Shown here: positions 38,061-47,746 of the stretch, piece after piece
Layout of the letters: the number at the start of each line of letters is the position of its first letter
How positions within the stretch are numbered: the first letter of the stretch is position 1
Origin: an uncultured Pseudomonadota bacterium
Lineage (GTDB): Bacteria > SAR324 > JACQKK01
Direction of reading: 5' to 3'
Length of the DNA stretch: 64,000 nt
Assembly: GCA_964583525.1 (NCBI GenBank)
Contig: CAZOXD010000001.1
Coordinates: 47,572 to 111,571 of the forward strand
Position numbers and translations under genes: made by a program
Notes under the pieces: model-generated
What the model was told of the DNA's origin: nothing
The model's database searches: none
What the model saw: only the letters and a program-made list of their open reading frames with translations

Positions 38061-38196
38061 GCGGAATTGAAGGGGGGTTGCGGGCTGCCGCGTCAAACGT
38101 GCGCGGGCGGTCTGTGCGGGAAGTGCGGGGCGCGGGACGCGCCGGAGAGAATTACACCCTAGCGGGGAGGGGGAGGGGTGTCAATGGGATGGGATT

Positions 38197-38643
38197 TCAA
38201 CCATAAGGTGTAAGGCCGCTCGCTGTTCTTGAAGACTGATTTTTACAGTGAGGGCAGGCCCAAATTAGATGCCCAAATGCTTGCAATTCAGAACTGTCTT
38301 TGTTCCGGGTTGGAGTCAATCTTATTGCCAGGTTGTGGGCATTCCAGCATGCGGAACAGTAGCGCCCTTCACTGGGATCCTCCTTGCCCTTGAGAAAATA
38401 GGAATGCTCCACGGGATCGAACTCCAGTTCCTCCTTGAGTTCCAGGGCACTTTCCAGGTCGCGGATTTTCTCCTCGGCTTCCACCAGTTGCACACGGATC
38501 TCAGCATAGTTAGAGATCACCTCGGCTAGGTGCGCCTGGAGTTCGGCGTTTTCGAGGGTCTTGGCAATATCCCTTGCGGCCTTGATCAACTCGTAGCTGG
38601 ATTTCACGGCCGCCAGGGCGCCGGTTATTTCCGCTATGGCCAT
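38197..38643 (-). CDS. Coiled-coil protein with C-terminal zinc ribbon (CxxC...CxxC)
   Basis: 148 aa; sits directly after the immunity gene. Confidence 0.45.
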   Translation of the reverse strand: MAIAEITGALAAVKSSYELIKAARDIAKTLENAELQAHLAEVISNYAEIRVQLVEAEEKIRDLESALELKEELEFDPVEHSYFLKGKEDPSEGRYCSACWNAHNLAIRLTPTRNKDSSELQAFGHLIWACPHCKNQSSRTASGLTPYG

Positions 38644-38659
38644 GGGTGTGCTCGCTTTT

Positions 38660-38986
38660 TCAGGTCAGAATTCCCAGGTAGAAAAGCAACGCGTAGATCG
38701 CCGCCAACAATCCCAGCGCCCCGGCCGTGATGAGGAGACGGCCCCCCGCCGTGAGGCCCTTGATCTGAAAAGGGGAGGGCTTGCCGGGGACGTGCTCGGG
38801 CCGGCCGGAAGTGTCCACCTTGGTTAGCGCCCAGATCAGCGCCACGGCCCAGCCGAGGAACGTCCAGCCCAGCAGCACATTCACCGCCACGATGGCCAGG
38901 GTTTGGTGATGGCGGCGGGAACCGGCGACGACCGAGGGCACGATGTAGAGCGCCAGGCCAAGGCCCGATAGTATGATCAGTTCCAT
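38660..38986 (-). CDS. Superinfection immunity protein (Sim/Imm family, PF14373-like)
   Basis: Motif LLGWTFLGWAVALIWAL typical of this family; adjacent to the repressor. Confidence 0.6.
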   Translation of the reverse strand: MELIILSGLGLALYIVPSVVAGSRRHHQTLAIVAVNVLLGWTFLGWAVALIWALTKVDTSGRPEHVPGKPSPFQIKGLTAGGRLLITAGALGLLAAIYALLFYLGILT

Positions 38987-38995
38987 GCTCCGCCC

Positions 38996-39439
38996 CTACT
39001 CTCCCGGCTCCTTGCCCCCGTTGGCCACCCCGTCATAGCCGAACGGCTCCGGCTTGGGTTCCTTCACTTTGGCCTCCGCCTCGGCCAGCTTGTATTTTCC
39101 CACCTGGTTCCGAAGTTTGATGTTTTCCTGCGTTAGCTTATCCAGGTGATCGTTGAGGCGGGAAATGTCGGCCTTGTATTCCTTGACGATCCCCAGCACC
39201 GCGCTTTCCTCCAGCATCGCACCCGGCCCGCTGAAGATATTCCCTTCCCCCGTCTCAAGCCAATGCCGCTCGATCTTGAACACGCAGCTGATGGCCGTGA
39301 GCAGGAGGGGTGAAGTGTTGCCGCCTTTGAGCAACCGGCTCACATGAGTCGGCGTGACCCCCAGCCTTTCAGCAAAAACATTCTGCCTTAATCCGAGTAC
39401 GGACAAAAGAATTTCCAGGCGTTTCGGGAAGTTTTTCAT
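38996..39439 (-). CDS. XRE-family HTH repressor (prophage c/CI-like)
   Basis: HTH LGLRQNVFAERLGVTPTHVSRLLKGG; divergent from the ner/cro-like gene. Confidence 0.7.
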   Translation of the reverse strand: MKNFPKRLEILLSVLGLRQNVFAERLGVTPTHVSRLLKGGNTSPLLLTAISCVFKIERHWLETGEGNIFSGPGAMLEESAVLGIVKEYKADISRLNDHLDKLTQENIKLRNQVGKYKLAEAEAKVKEPKPEPFGYDGVANGGKEPGE

Positions 39440-39566
39440 GATAAATTCGCTTCAGGTGATTTTACGCTTGACATAAATAACCTGAAGTCATTATTCTGTT
39501 CTTCCGTGACGGATCGGGAGTCGTTTTCATTCCCGGTTAATCTTCATACCTACCATTCGTAGAGCC
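39440..39566. promoter_or_regulatory. Divergent switch region with 8-bp inverted repeat cttcaggt...acctgaag (~22 bp apart) overlapping a TTGACA -35 element
   Basis: Read directly; candidate operator for the repressor/Ner. Confidence 0.4.
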
Positions 39567-39809
39567 ATGACCGAAAACAAAATCAGCCACATGGAACGCT
39601 CCCGGCGCATCCGCAAGCACAAGCTGCAGGCGCTGCTGGTGGAAAATGACATCGGCCTCTCCGAGATCGCCGCCGCCACCGGCCTGGAACGCGAAACGGT
39701 GCTCAAGGTGGTGGCCGGCCATCGCAACTCTCCCCTGGTCGCCGATTTCCTTTCCGGCCGCCTCGGGCCTCCTTTCGAGCGGATCTGGTATGAGGCCCCC
39801 GCAGCGTAG
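39567..39809 (+). CDS. Ner-like (Mu Ner/Nlp family) DNA-binding protein, cro analogue
   Basis: 80 aa; ...ERETVLKVVAGHRNSPLVADFLSGRLGPPFERIWYEAPA resembles the Ner C-terminal consensus (PWVIWPSRY). Confidence 0.65.
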   Translation: MTENKISHMERSRRIRKHKLQALLVENDIGLSEIAAATGLERETVLKVVAGHRNSPLVADFLSGRLGPPFERIWYEAPAA

Positions 39810-39891
39810 ATCGCAGCGCGGGACACAGGGGCGCGTCTACCCTTCCTGACGCGTCTCACTCGGGAAGCATCACCGATCGCAGGGGGCCGGC

Positions 39892-40923
39892 ATGAACGGG
39901 AAATTCGGAAGAACCATCACCATCGCCGTACCGCTCATCATCCTCAGCCTGGGGATGTACATTCTCCAGTTCCACGCCATCGCATTCTGGACGGGGCGCT
40001 TCGGCGTCCTCACCGGCTGGGCCGTCTCCCTCACCCTGGAGGGCGGCGCGCTCTGGCTGTGGTGGAAGCCCCGGGCGGGGTGGCGCTTCCTGGGCGGAAT
40101 CGCCACCCTCGTCCTGCTGGCCGGGCCGCTCTACGTGACCGGCCAGCCGTTGCTGGAGGAAATGGCGGAAGGGGATTCCCGGGGAAAACGGCTTTTGGCG
40201 TTGGAGGCGCGGATCGCCACCCTGGGCGCGGAGAAGACCGGGCTGCTGGAGGTGATCGTCGGGCAGCAGCGGCGGGGCTGGCAGGGTCTGCTGGAGGATG
40301 TGAACGGGAAGCTGGACTCCGCCGCGGATGAACGCTCCCGGCTGCTGCTGCCCGCGGCCCGGATGGACTGGGAGGCGCGGGGTCTGATCGCCATGAACCT
40401 GGCCGCGCTGGCGCTGGCCCAGGCCTTCAACGTGCTGGCGATCCTCTTCCTCTCCACGGCTTTCCGTACCGGTACAGTACCGGTTCGGAATACCGGTACA
40501 GCCGATTCCGAACCAGCGGTACAACCCAGGTACTCCGCGGCTTCGCCACCTGTACCACCTGTACCGGTACAACCCGCGGTTTCATTACCGCACCCCGCCC
40601 CCGAACCTGCGCGAGCGCCCCCTGCCGCGCCGGTTCACCCCGGAGCGCCCGGCCTTGGCGATAGGCCGGGCCGCTCCCTTTCCGCCGATTTCTGCAAGCC
40701 CGACTTGTTCACCCTGCGCCGCCTCCAGGATGCGGTTTCCAAACAGGTGGAAAGCCTGGGCGGGGTCAATAAATTCTGCGCCCGGCACCAGGTCAACAAG
40801 CCGGATTATTCCAAGCTGATGCAACACGAGGAGCGCGTGAAAAACGGGGGCGATCTGATCAGCCTGCGCAAGTTCAACGAGTGGCGGGAGAAGTTCCTGC
40901 CCGAAAACGTCAAGGAGGCGTAA
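39892..40923 (+). CDS. Membrane protein (3-4 TM) with Pro-rich linker and C-terminal soluble domain; hypothetical
   Basis: 343-aa ORF from the track. Confidence 0.5.
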   Translation: MNGKFGRTITIAVPLIILSLGMYILQFHAIAFWTGRFGVLTGWAVSLTLEGGALWLWWKPRAGWRFLGGIATLVLLAGPLYVTGQPLLEEMAEGDSRGKRLLALEARIATLGAEKTGLLEVIVGQQRRGWQGLLEDVNGKLDSAADERSRLLLPAARMDWEARGLIAMNLAALALAQAFNVLAILFLSTAFRTGTVPVRNTGTADSEPAVQPRYSAASPPVPPVPVQPAVSLPHPAPEPARAPPAAPVHPGAPGLGDRPGRSLSADFCKPDLFTLRRLQDAVSKQVESLGGVNKFCARHQVNKPDYSKLMQHEERVKNGGDLISLRKFNEWREKFLPENVKEA

Positions 40924-40926
40924 ACC

Positions 40927-41457
40927 ATGAGCGAGAATCCCATGCAATTGAATACAACCCGCTTCGGAACTATCGGGATCAATGACGGCCAGATGCTGAC
41001 TTTCGGAGACGGATTGCTAGGTTTCCCCGAACACACCCGTTACGCATTGATTGAGGCCGAGATCGGCGATCCCTTCCTGTTGTTGAGATCGTTGGTCGAT
41101 AAGTCCGTCAGATTCCTGGTGATCGAACCATCGCATTTCTTCCCCTCCTACTATTTCACGGTAAAGAAGGCGCAGATCAAGGCATTGGATACCGACGATG
41201 TCGATGATCTCCAGGTGCTCGTCCTAGTGACCATAGCCCCCAACATCCTGGACGTTACCGCCAATCTGCTGGGGCCGATCGTCTTCAACAAGAAAAACCG
41301 CATCGGCATGCAGATATTGCTCGACGATTTCAATTTAAGCACTCGGGAGCCTCTCTTCAATGACCGGCCGGATAACGAGGCCGAAGCAGTCGGCATGGTG
41401 ACTCGGGAAAACCGCACAGCCTCCGCGCGCGCAGCCATCCACGGTCTGGAGGCCTAG
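40927..41457 (+). CDS. fliW: FliW-like protein (flagellar assembly factor / CsrA antagonist family) with a ~30-aa C-terminal extension
   Basis: TRFGTIGINDGQMLTFGDGLLGFPEH..LIE......FLLLRSLVDKSVRFLVIEPSHFFPSYYF...LVLVTIAPNI..VTANLLGPIVFN follows the FliW consensus along the whole core. Confidence 0.7.
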   Translation: MSENPMQLNTTRFGTIGINDGQMLTFGDGLLGFPEHTRYALIEAEIGDPFLLLRSLVDKSVRFLVIEPSHFFPSYYFTVKKAQIKALDTDDVDDLQVLVLVTIAPNILDVTANLLGPIVFNKKNRIGMQILLDDFNLSTREPLFNDRPDNEAEAVGMVTRENRTASARAAIHGLEA

Positions 41458-41460
41458 CCG

Positions 41461-41742
41461 ATGAGCGCCAGGCAAAAGTGCTGCCACGTCTGCGCGAGCC
41501 ATTGCTTCATGATTTACGAGAGCGGCGGGGATCTCTTTCTGCGCTGCGCCAATTGCCACGTGGTGCAGGAGAGGCAGCCCAGGCAGGCCCCGGCCGGAAC
41601 GCTCGTGCCCATCGAGGACGCCGCCAACCTGAACTGGCTGCCCATGCCCGCGCGCACCGAACGTCTGCTGACGGCCGCGTTCGAGACGGCCAGCGAGCAG
41701 TTGGACGATTACTTCCAATCCCATCCGGAGAAGCTGACGTGA
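41461..41742 (+). CDS. Small zinc-finger protein (CCHVC...CANCH)
   Basis: 93 aa. Confidence 0.45.
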   Translation: MSARQKCCHVCASHCFMIYESGGDLFLRCANCHVVQERQPRQAPAGTLVPIEDAANLNWLPMPARTERLLTAAFETASEQLDDYFQSHPEKLT

Positions 41743-42335
41743 GCATCGGCGACGGACGCCACAAGCTGGCCACGCGGGAGGAACGCGAGATTCACGGCGC
41801 GATCCTGCGGGAAACCCGCGCCCTGTGCGAGCGCTGGGCCGCGCGGCGGCTGGCGGATATCGAGGAGGCCGAGGGGATCGCGGTCAACAAGACCGTGGCC
41901 CTGGACGAGCTGGCCGAAGCCCTGGGCATGAGCCGCCGCCAGCTCTCCGCTTACGGTTCTGACGTGCCCATCACCCTCGCCAAGGCCGTGCGGCTCTCCC
42001 AGGTCTCCGGCGATCCGGCCCTGCTGCACCTGTTCGCCCGCTACCTGGGGGCGCTGGCCGTGCGCATTCCCCGCCCGGAAGAGATCGCAGGCCTGGCCGA
42101 AGTCAACGCCGAACTGTTCGCCAACTCGAAGGAGGCCGTCGAGTTCCAGGGCGCGGCCCTGGCCATGGGCGGGGAGGAATACGGCCCGGACGATCACGCC
42201 ATCACCAGCAAGGAGGGCCTGGAGGACATGGAGCAGTCCGTGCGCCTGATCCTGGCGTCTTCCCTGAAAGCCACCGGCAAGGCCGAACTCCCCGCCGCGC
42301 TGCACCTGACCCGATCCAATGGAGGAAACCAATGA
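41739..42335 (+). CDS. HTH-containing phage regulatory protein (hypothetical)
   Basis: GTG start overlapping the previous stop (GTGA); ...KTVALDELAEALGMSRRQLSAYG... HTH. Confidence 0.45.
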   Translation: MSIGDGRHKLATREEREIHGAILRETRALCERWAARRLADIEEAEGIAVNKTVALDELAEALGMSRRQLSAYGSDVPITLAKAVRLSQVSGDPALLHLFARYLGALAVRIPRPEEIAGLAEVNAELFANSKEAVEFQGAALAMGGEEYGPDDHAITSKEGLEDMEQSVRLILASSLKATGKAELPAALHLTRSNGGNQ

Positions 42336-43555
42336 ACAACCCTGAATCCCTCGTCCCCGCGCTGTACAAAGCGCCGGACGCAGATCACGCCGCCAAGCTG
42401 CTGGAAAGCCTGGAACTGGAGGAACTCAAACCCATCGCCCGCGAGGTGTGCGGGATGCGCCGTTTTAACGGCAAGGCCACCGCCGAGGGACTGCGCTTCA
42501 ACATCCTCCGCCAACTGGAAGCCCGCGCCGCCAGCGTGGTCACGCCGGTGACCATCGGGGACACCATCACCGACGCCGACTCGGGCGAGGAAGTGATCAT
42601 CTCCGAGGACTTCCAGGCCCAGGTGATGGAGATCAACCACCGCCTGATGCAGGCCCAGTTCTCGATCCAGAAAGGGATGGTGGATGTCTGCCGGGCCGTC
42701 AAGGATTTCCGGGACGCCAAGGGCTACCTGCTCTCCGGCTATCACTCCTTCAAGGCCTATTGCGACGCGGGCGAACTGCGGGTGATGGGGGAAACCAAGT
42801 CCCGCGCCTGGGCCTACAACATGATCGCCTTCATCGAAAAGCTGGGGGGGAAGGTTGTCCAACGCGCTGGACAACTTCCGCAACGCGACCTTCTCCGTTT
42901 GACCATGATCCTGGGAGAGCCGGGGATGGAGGACACCCTGGAAGAACTGCAATCCAAGGGGCGGCTCCGCTACATCGGGGACGATGGCCAGGAGGTGGTG
43001 CTGCAGCTCCCCAAGAGCGCCGAGGACACCGAGGGTTGGAAGACCTACCTGGAATTCGCCGAGCGGGAACGCCGCCGCAACCGGCGCCAGGTCAACGAGC
43101 TGTCCGACGAGATGCTGCTGGCCCGCGAAGAGCACGAGAAGGAAATCCAGGCTCTGCGGGATCGCATCGCGGAACTGGAAGGGCGCACGGACGAGGAGAT
43201 CGCCGCGCTGCTGGAAAAAGAGGAACTCACCCCGCAAGAGGCGGCCACGCTCAAGAACGATCTGCGCAACATCCGGGCGGATCGCGCCTCCCTGGAATCC
43301 CGCAACGGCGATCTCAGCGAACGGCTGGAACGCTACCACCGCGAGGGCGTGGACATGGGCGGCCTGGAGAAGGTGCGCAAGACCTGCGCCGAGTTCCGCG
43401 GCAAGGTTTCCGATGCCATCGAACTGATCTCCCCGCTGCTGCCCCATGCCGGCGACCTGAGCGATCTGGCCGTGCAGGAAATCCTGGAGGCCATCTACGG
43501 CGAAAACAACAAGCTGGGCGTTCTCTCCAGCCGCTTCGACGAGGCCGGAGAATGA
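42332..43555 (+). CDS. Hypothetical early protein with C-terminal coiled coil
   Basis: 407-aa ORF; ATGA-type overlaps on both sides. Confidence 0.55.
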   Translation: MNNPESLVPALYKAPDADHAAKLLESLELEELKPIAREVCGMRRFNGKATAEGLRFNILRQLEARAASVVTPVTIGDTITDADSGEEVIISEDFQAQVMEINHRLMQAQFSIQKGMVDVCRAVKDFRDAKGYLLSGYHSFKAYCDAGELRVMGETKSRAWAYNMIAFIEKLGGKVVQRAGQLPQRDLLRLTMILGEPGMEDTLEELQSKGRLRYIGDDGQEVVLQLPKSAEDTEGWKTYLEFAERERRRNRRQVNELSDEMLLAREEHEKEIQALRDRIAELEGRTDEEIAALLEKEELTPQEAATLKNDLRNIRADRASLESRNGDLSERLERYHREGVDMGGLEKVRKTCAEFRGKVSDAIELISPLLPHAGDLSDLAVQEILEAIYGENNKLGVLSSRFDEAGE

Positions 43556-43818
43556 GTCCAGAGCGCACATTCGATGAATTGAAGGAATTGAAACACCGCA
43601 ACATGGTGTGGGGATACCTTATTTTGGATGGGAAGCAGCATGCCAGCGTCTGGTGTCATTCCGGGCAGAGGCAGGTGATTGACGATTCGGATATCGGAGC
43701 AGACGGCGCCGCTCATTTTAAATGCAAATGCACATACGACATTGAATGCGGCCTCGAGGGAACGATCCTGCTCCATGGCTGGGATCCCGGGCACATCAAC
43801 GGGGGACGGGCCGCATGA
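43552..43818 (+). CDS. Small hypothetical protein (lower GC)
   Basis: 88 aa by manual translation, MSPERTFDELKELKHRNMVWGYLILDGKQHASVW... Confidence 0.4.
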   Translation: MSPERTFDELKELKHRNMVWGYLILDGKQHASVWCHSGQRQVIDDSDIGADGAAHFKCKCTYDIECGLEGTILLHGWDPGHINGGRAA

Positions 43819-44186
43819 CCGATCAAAAATACATCGGATTTCTCGAATCCAGGAACGCCTGTTTGCACACGACCGTTGTGCGCCTACTGGCTGTCATGGA
43901 GAAAAGCGGAGCTGGCGATATCCATTGGATAAAAACCGGAGAAAGAATTCAGGAAACCGCCGCACAAGGAACCTCTGAAGCCACAGCCGAACGATTTATC
44001 AAGTGTTTTGGTGAGATGTCGGAAGTGACAGATGCCGCAAAGGCGTTTCTAACAACCGGAACGCCGGAGACAAAGAGCGCATTGCAAAAAAAACTGGCGA
44101 TATATGAACGGGGAGAAAACCGCCGCACCCGCAATATTCAGGCCTTGGCTAAGAAAGGCGAACCCTGGTGGGACGCGAAGCCATGA
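43815..44186 (+). CDS. Small hypothetical protein
   Basis: Internal start MTDQKYIGFLESRNA... Confidence 0.4.
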   Translation: MTDQKYIGFLESRNACLHTTVVRLLAVMEKSGAGDIHWIKTGERIQETAAQGTSEATAERFIKCFGEMSEVTDAAKAFLTTGTPETKSALQKKLAIYERGENRRTRNIQALAKKGEPWWDAKP

Positions 44187-45838
44187 CCGACCCTATCCAC
44201 ACCCTCTATCTGGACACCCTGGGCGCGGACAAGGCCGCCCGCAAGGCCGCCGTCGCGGAGACCGCCGCGCGGCTGGGCCTCCAGTCCGACACTGTGCGCA
44301 AGAAGCTGGACAAACTGGGCCGCGCCCGCTCAGAGCCCCGCGCGCGCGCAACCGATCCCGAGTTGGAAGCAGCCGTAAATATCGTGTGGGAATTCAAGCT
44401 GACCCCGGACGGGCCCATCGCCACCGAAGCCGCGCTGCAACTGGCGATCAGCGAGGGCAGGCTGTTCAAGGCCTGGCCGGTGGGTTCCCTCAACGCCGCC
44501 GCCAAGCGGCTCGGCCTGAGCGAACAGGCCGCCTACTGCCGGCGCATGGAAGCTCCCCACGCCAACCGCACCCACCGCGTGGACGCTTCCGGTTCGCGTC
44601 ACTTCCAGGTAGTGGAGGATGCCGGGGACGGGGACTGGCTGCTCCGGGTCTGCCGGGCCGAGCAGCGCAACAAGCGCTGGCGCGGGGAGGATGCCAGCAA
44701 CCTGCTCTGGATCGTGACGGTCATCGACGACTATTCGCGCGTTTTCAACGTGGGCTACCAGGTGGCTCCGGGGGAAAGCGCGGCCATGATCCAACGCTTC
44801 CTGGTGGAAACCTGGCGCGACGCCCAGCCGCGCGGCCTGCCCGAGGTGCTGATCGCGGACAACGGATCGTTCGCCAAGGAGACCTCCTCCAAGGCGCTGC
44901 TGGCCTTCTTCGACATCCAACTGATCACCGGCCAGCCCTACAATTCCCAGCGCAACGGGCGGGTGGAGCGGCCCATCCGCACCATCAAGGAGGGCTTCGA
45001 GCGCCCCATGCTGGCCACCCATGACCTGGGATCGATCGTGCGGCTCTCGCAACTCAAGGAAGAGTTGAAGGTTTTCATCGCAGGAGTGAACGGGAGCCGC
45101 CATCCCATCAGGCGCGACCGCACAAAGCGCGAGGACTGGGAGCGCGGGATGGCCTTCCGAGAGTTGCGCGAGTGCCCCCAGGACGCGCTCCACTACGCCA
45201 CCTGGCGCGAGCAGCGCACCGTCACGGCCGAGGGCGCCGTCCAGCACAAGAACAAGCTGCTGGAAATCGTGGATCTCCCCTACGGTCTGCGCGGCCGCAA
45301 GATTACGCTCTGTTACAACGCCTCCGGAGAAATCATCGCCGAGCACGAGGGCGCGCGCTACGCCGTGCGCGGCTTTGTCCCGGTGACCCTGGGCGGCTAC
45401 GAGAGCCAAGCCCATACCGGGCGCGGCGATCCGCCCTCCAAAGCCGCCGCCGCCAAGGCCGAGGCCCGCCAGAAGACGGGCGTGGGCTTCCATGCGCCGG
45501 AGCGCCAAGCCGCCATCAAAGCGGCCGGCGAGCAGCCCCATGCCCCGGGCGAGCAGGCGCTCCCCGGCGCGGGCGCGCGGGTGATTACACCGCCGCCGCG
45601 CATCCGGGACGCGGTGCAGGTAATATCCGGCAAAACCGATCCCTTCCAGATCGCGTCCGACCGCTACAAAACCGTGGACGAGGCCGTCGCGGCGGTGCAG
45701 GAAATCGTCGGCAAGCCCAGCCACGTCTGGCTCAACAAGGAGCAGCGCCAAACGCTGGAGAAGATTCTGCGCGGCTTCGATCTGGATCGCCGCAAAACCG
45801 CCGCGCTGGCCGATCGACTGCGCCAGCAAAGCGCGTGA
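44183..45838 (+). CDS. Mu-like DDE transposase (MuA/rve-family integrase core)
   Basis: ...WIVTVIDDYSRVFNVGYQVAPGES...VLIADNGSFAKE...GQPYNSQRNGRVERPIRTIK... DDE triad with N-terminal DNA-binding region. Confidence 0.8.
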   Translation: MTDPIHTLYLDTLGADKAARKAAVAETAARLGLQSDTVRKKLDKLGRARSEPRARATDPELEAAVNIVWEFKLTPDGPIATEAALQLAISEGRLFKAWPVGSLNAAAKRLGLSEQAAYCRRMEAPHANRTHRVDASGSRHFQVVEDAGDGDWLLRVCRAEQRNKRWRGEDASNLLWIVTVIDDYSRVFNVGYQVAPGESAAMIQRFLVETWRDAQPRGLPEVLIADNGSFAKETSSKALLAFFDIQLITGQPYNSQRNGRVERPIRTIKEGFERPMLATHDLGSIVRLSQLKEELKVFIAGVNGSRHPIRRDRTKREDWERGMAFRELRECPQDALHYATWREQRTVTAEGAVQHKNKLLEIVDLPYGLRGRKITLCYNASGEIIAEHEGARYAVRGFVPVTLGGYESQAHTGRGDPPSKAAAAKAEARQKTGVGFHAPERQAAIKAAGEQPHAPGEQALPGAGARVITPPPRIRDAVQVISGKTDPFQIASDRYKTVDEAVAAVQEIVGKPSHVWLNKEQRQTLEKILRGFDLDRRKTAALADRLRQQSA

Positions 45839-45850
45839 GAGGGCAGAGAA

Positions 45851-46030
45851 ATGAAACACCTGTTGAAAAAACGGACACCGATTCACATAAAGCATCTCCG
45901 AGCTGCCGCCAAAGCGTTCGAGGAAATGATCGATCTTGGGGAGGAATTCCGGGGATCGGGGACAGACAGTGATCAGCGGTACCGCCTGATGAAAGAGCTC
46001 AGGGAATTCGCGGCTTGGCTTGAGGGATGA
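45851..46030 (+). CDS. Small hypothetical protein (59 aa)
   Basis: Manual ORF MKHLLKKRTPIHIKHLRAAAKAFEEMIDLGEEF...; below the track size cutoff. Confidence 0.35.
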   Translation: MKHLLKKRTPIHIKHLRAAAKAFEEMIDLGEEFRGSGTDSDQRYRLMKELREFAAWLEG

Positions 46031-46050
46031 TTGAACGGAGAGAGCAACCC

Positions 46051-46167
46051 ATGATCTTCACTATCATCGTGCTGGCCGGGTTTCTCGCGGCCGGAATCGT
46101 CCTGGGCTGGCTGGTGAAACACGCCGTCAAAGCCACGGTGGAAATCTTCTCGCAGTTCAACCGCTGA
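46051..46167 (+). CDS. Small membrane peptide (38 aa)
   Basis: MIFTIIVLAGFLAAGIVLGWLVKH...; GGAGAGAG RBS. Confidence 0.35.
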   Translation: MIFTIIVLAGFLAAGIVLGWLVKHAVKATVEIFSQFNR

Positions 46168-46188
46168 AACCAGGGAAAGGAGAAAGCG

Positions 46189-46362
46189 ATGCGCGCATTG
46201 ATCTTGATCGAGGACGACGGCAAGGGCGGGGTCAACCTGGAAATAGGGGTCACCACTATCGACTATGACCCCGAAAGCCCCGCGCTGCTGGTGCACCGCG
46301 AACTGGTGGATCGGGCCTTGGAACTGACATCCAAACCCAAACCGGGAAAGGAGCAGGGATGA
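46189..46362 (+). CDS. Small hypothetical protein (57 aa)
   Basis: MRALILIEDDGKGGVNLEIGVTT...; strong RBS GGAAAGGAGAAAG; ATGA overlap with the next gene. Confidence 0.4.
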   Translation: MRALILIEDDGKGGVNLEIGVTTIDYDPESPALLVHRELVDRALELTSKPKPGKEQG

Positions 46363-46811
46363 GTATTCCAAGCGAACATTTTGAAAATGCTTTTCGCGGC
46401 GGCGGCGGGATCAGGGCCGAATGTGATTTTTGTGGGCGAGTCCATTTTACAACGCTTCCATTCGCAGGGGATTGGGAGGAAGGAGAATTTGAAAGCCTCA
46501 TTGAAAGAGCAGAAAACAACCCCGATCAATACATCGCAGAAGGCCGATACGATTCAATAACATATGGAACCCTGGCGGGGCGCACCTATGTTCTTGATTG
46601 CCCATGCGTCGAGGAAAAGGTGCTCCCTTATGAGAACTTCATTTGGAACTACAGGCACCAGATTCTTTCCTACCACCAAATGAGAACGAAGTCGGAGCGA
46701 GATGAAGCCGAGCGTAACCATGAAGAGGTGAGCGACCAATACAAACCTTGGTGTGCCCCAACAACCCGCCAACAGGAAATAAACAGAGCCAGATCAAGGA
46801 TGCTCTCATGA
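46359..46811 (+). CDS. Cys-containing hypothetical protein (lower GC)
   Basis: 150-aa ORF; CDFCGRVHF...LDCPC. Confidence 0.45.
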   Translation: MSIPSEHFENAFRGGGGIRAECDFCGRVHFTTLPFAGDWEEGEFESLIERAENNPDQYIAEGRYDSITYGTLAGRTYVLDCPCVEEKVLPYENFIWNYRHQILSYHQMRTKSERDEAERNHEEVSDQYKPWCAPTTRQQEINRARSRMLS

Positions 46812-47746
46812 CCCCCACCAAGCCCGAAATGCTGGAGTTCCTGGGGCTGGCCCGGGATCCCTTCGCCAAGCTGCGCGAGGCGGGGGACGTCTGGCCAAGC
46901 GTGACGTTGCGCTCGGCGCGGCACCTGGTGGACTACGCGCTCTCGCATTCCGAAATGGTGGCCATGCTGGGGGGCTTCGGGGTGGGCAAGACCACCCTCC
47001 TCCACGCCGCCCTGGAGTCGGTCGAGCAAGGGCCCGGAGAAACCATCGCCATTCACGTGGCTGGCTCCAAGGACACCCTGCGCATCTCGGCCGTGGTGGA
47101 GGAGATGCTGCGCGGGCTGGGCAACGACCGCCTCCCGCAGAGCGAGACCGCCCGCCGCCGGATGCTGAAAGCGGCGCTGGTGGGCGCCTTCGGCCAAGAC
47201 AAGCGGATCGTGCTGGTGATCGACGAGGCCCACCGCATGAAGGGCATCACGCTGAAAGCGCTCAAGGAACTCCACGAGCAGAGCCGCCACGCCTGGCGCG
47301 AGGCGACCTTCGCCATTCTGCTGGCCGGGCACCGGCAACTGACCGCCCTGGCCCATTTCGAGGCGCGGGACTTCCTGGCGCGGCTGGAGTCCCACAACAT
47401 TCTGCACCTGAGCGCCCTCAGCGCCGGGGAAGCCGCCATGTACATCTGCCACCGGCTGGACGCCGCGGGCGCTCCGCAACTGCTGGAGATGGACACGCTG
47501 GAACTCCTGGCGCGGCGCGGGACGCCGCTGGAGATCAACCGCACCATGTGGCGGATCTTCGAGGCGGCGTACCTGAAGAACGTGAAACCGATCACGCCGG
47601 AGCTGGTGCGGGCCGTGCTGCCCACGCCCCCGGCCCCGCCGGACGCAAGCGCCGGAAACATCGACGACCTATTGAAGGGTCTGAGCGAACCGAACGGAGG
47701 CAGGGATGCCGCAAGCAGCAACATCAGAACCGCCCATGGTGAGTGA
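46808..47746 (+). CDS. MuB-like AAA+ ATPase (transposition target DNA activator), paralog 1
   Basis: Walker A GGFGVGKTT, Walker B VLVIDEAH; conserved N-terminus (MLEFLGL..DPF..L, DYALSHSEMVA). Confidence 0.7.
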   Translation: MTPTKPEMLEFLGLARDPFAKLREAGDVWPSVTLRSARHLVDYALSHSEMVAMLGGFGVGKTTLLHAALESVEQGPGETIAIHVAGSKDTLRISAVVEEMLRGLGNDRLPQSETARRRMLKAALVGAFGQDKRIVLVIDEAHRMKGITLKALKELHEQSRHAWREATFAILLAGHRQLTALAHFEARDFLARLESHNILHLSALSAGEAAMYICHRLDAAGAPQLLEMDTLELLARRGTPLEINRTMWRIFEAAYLKNVKPITPELVRAVLPTPPAPPDASAGNIDDLLKGLSEPNGGRDAASSNIRTAHGE

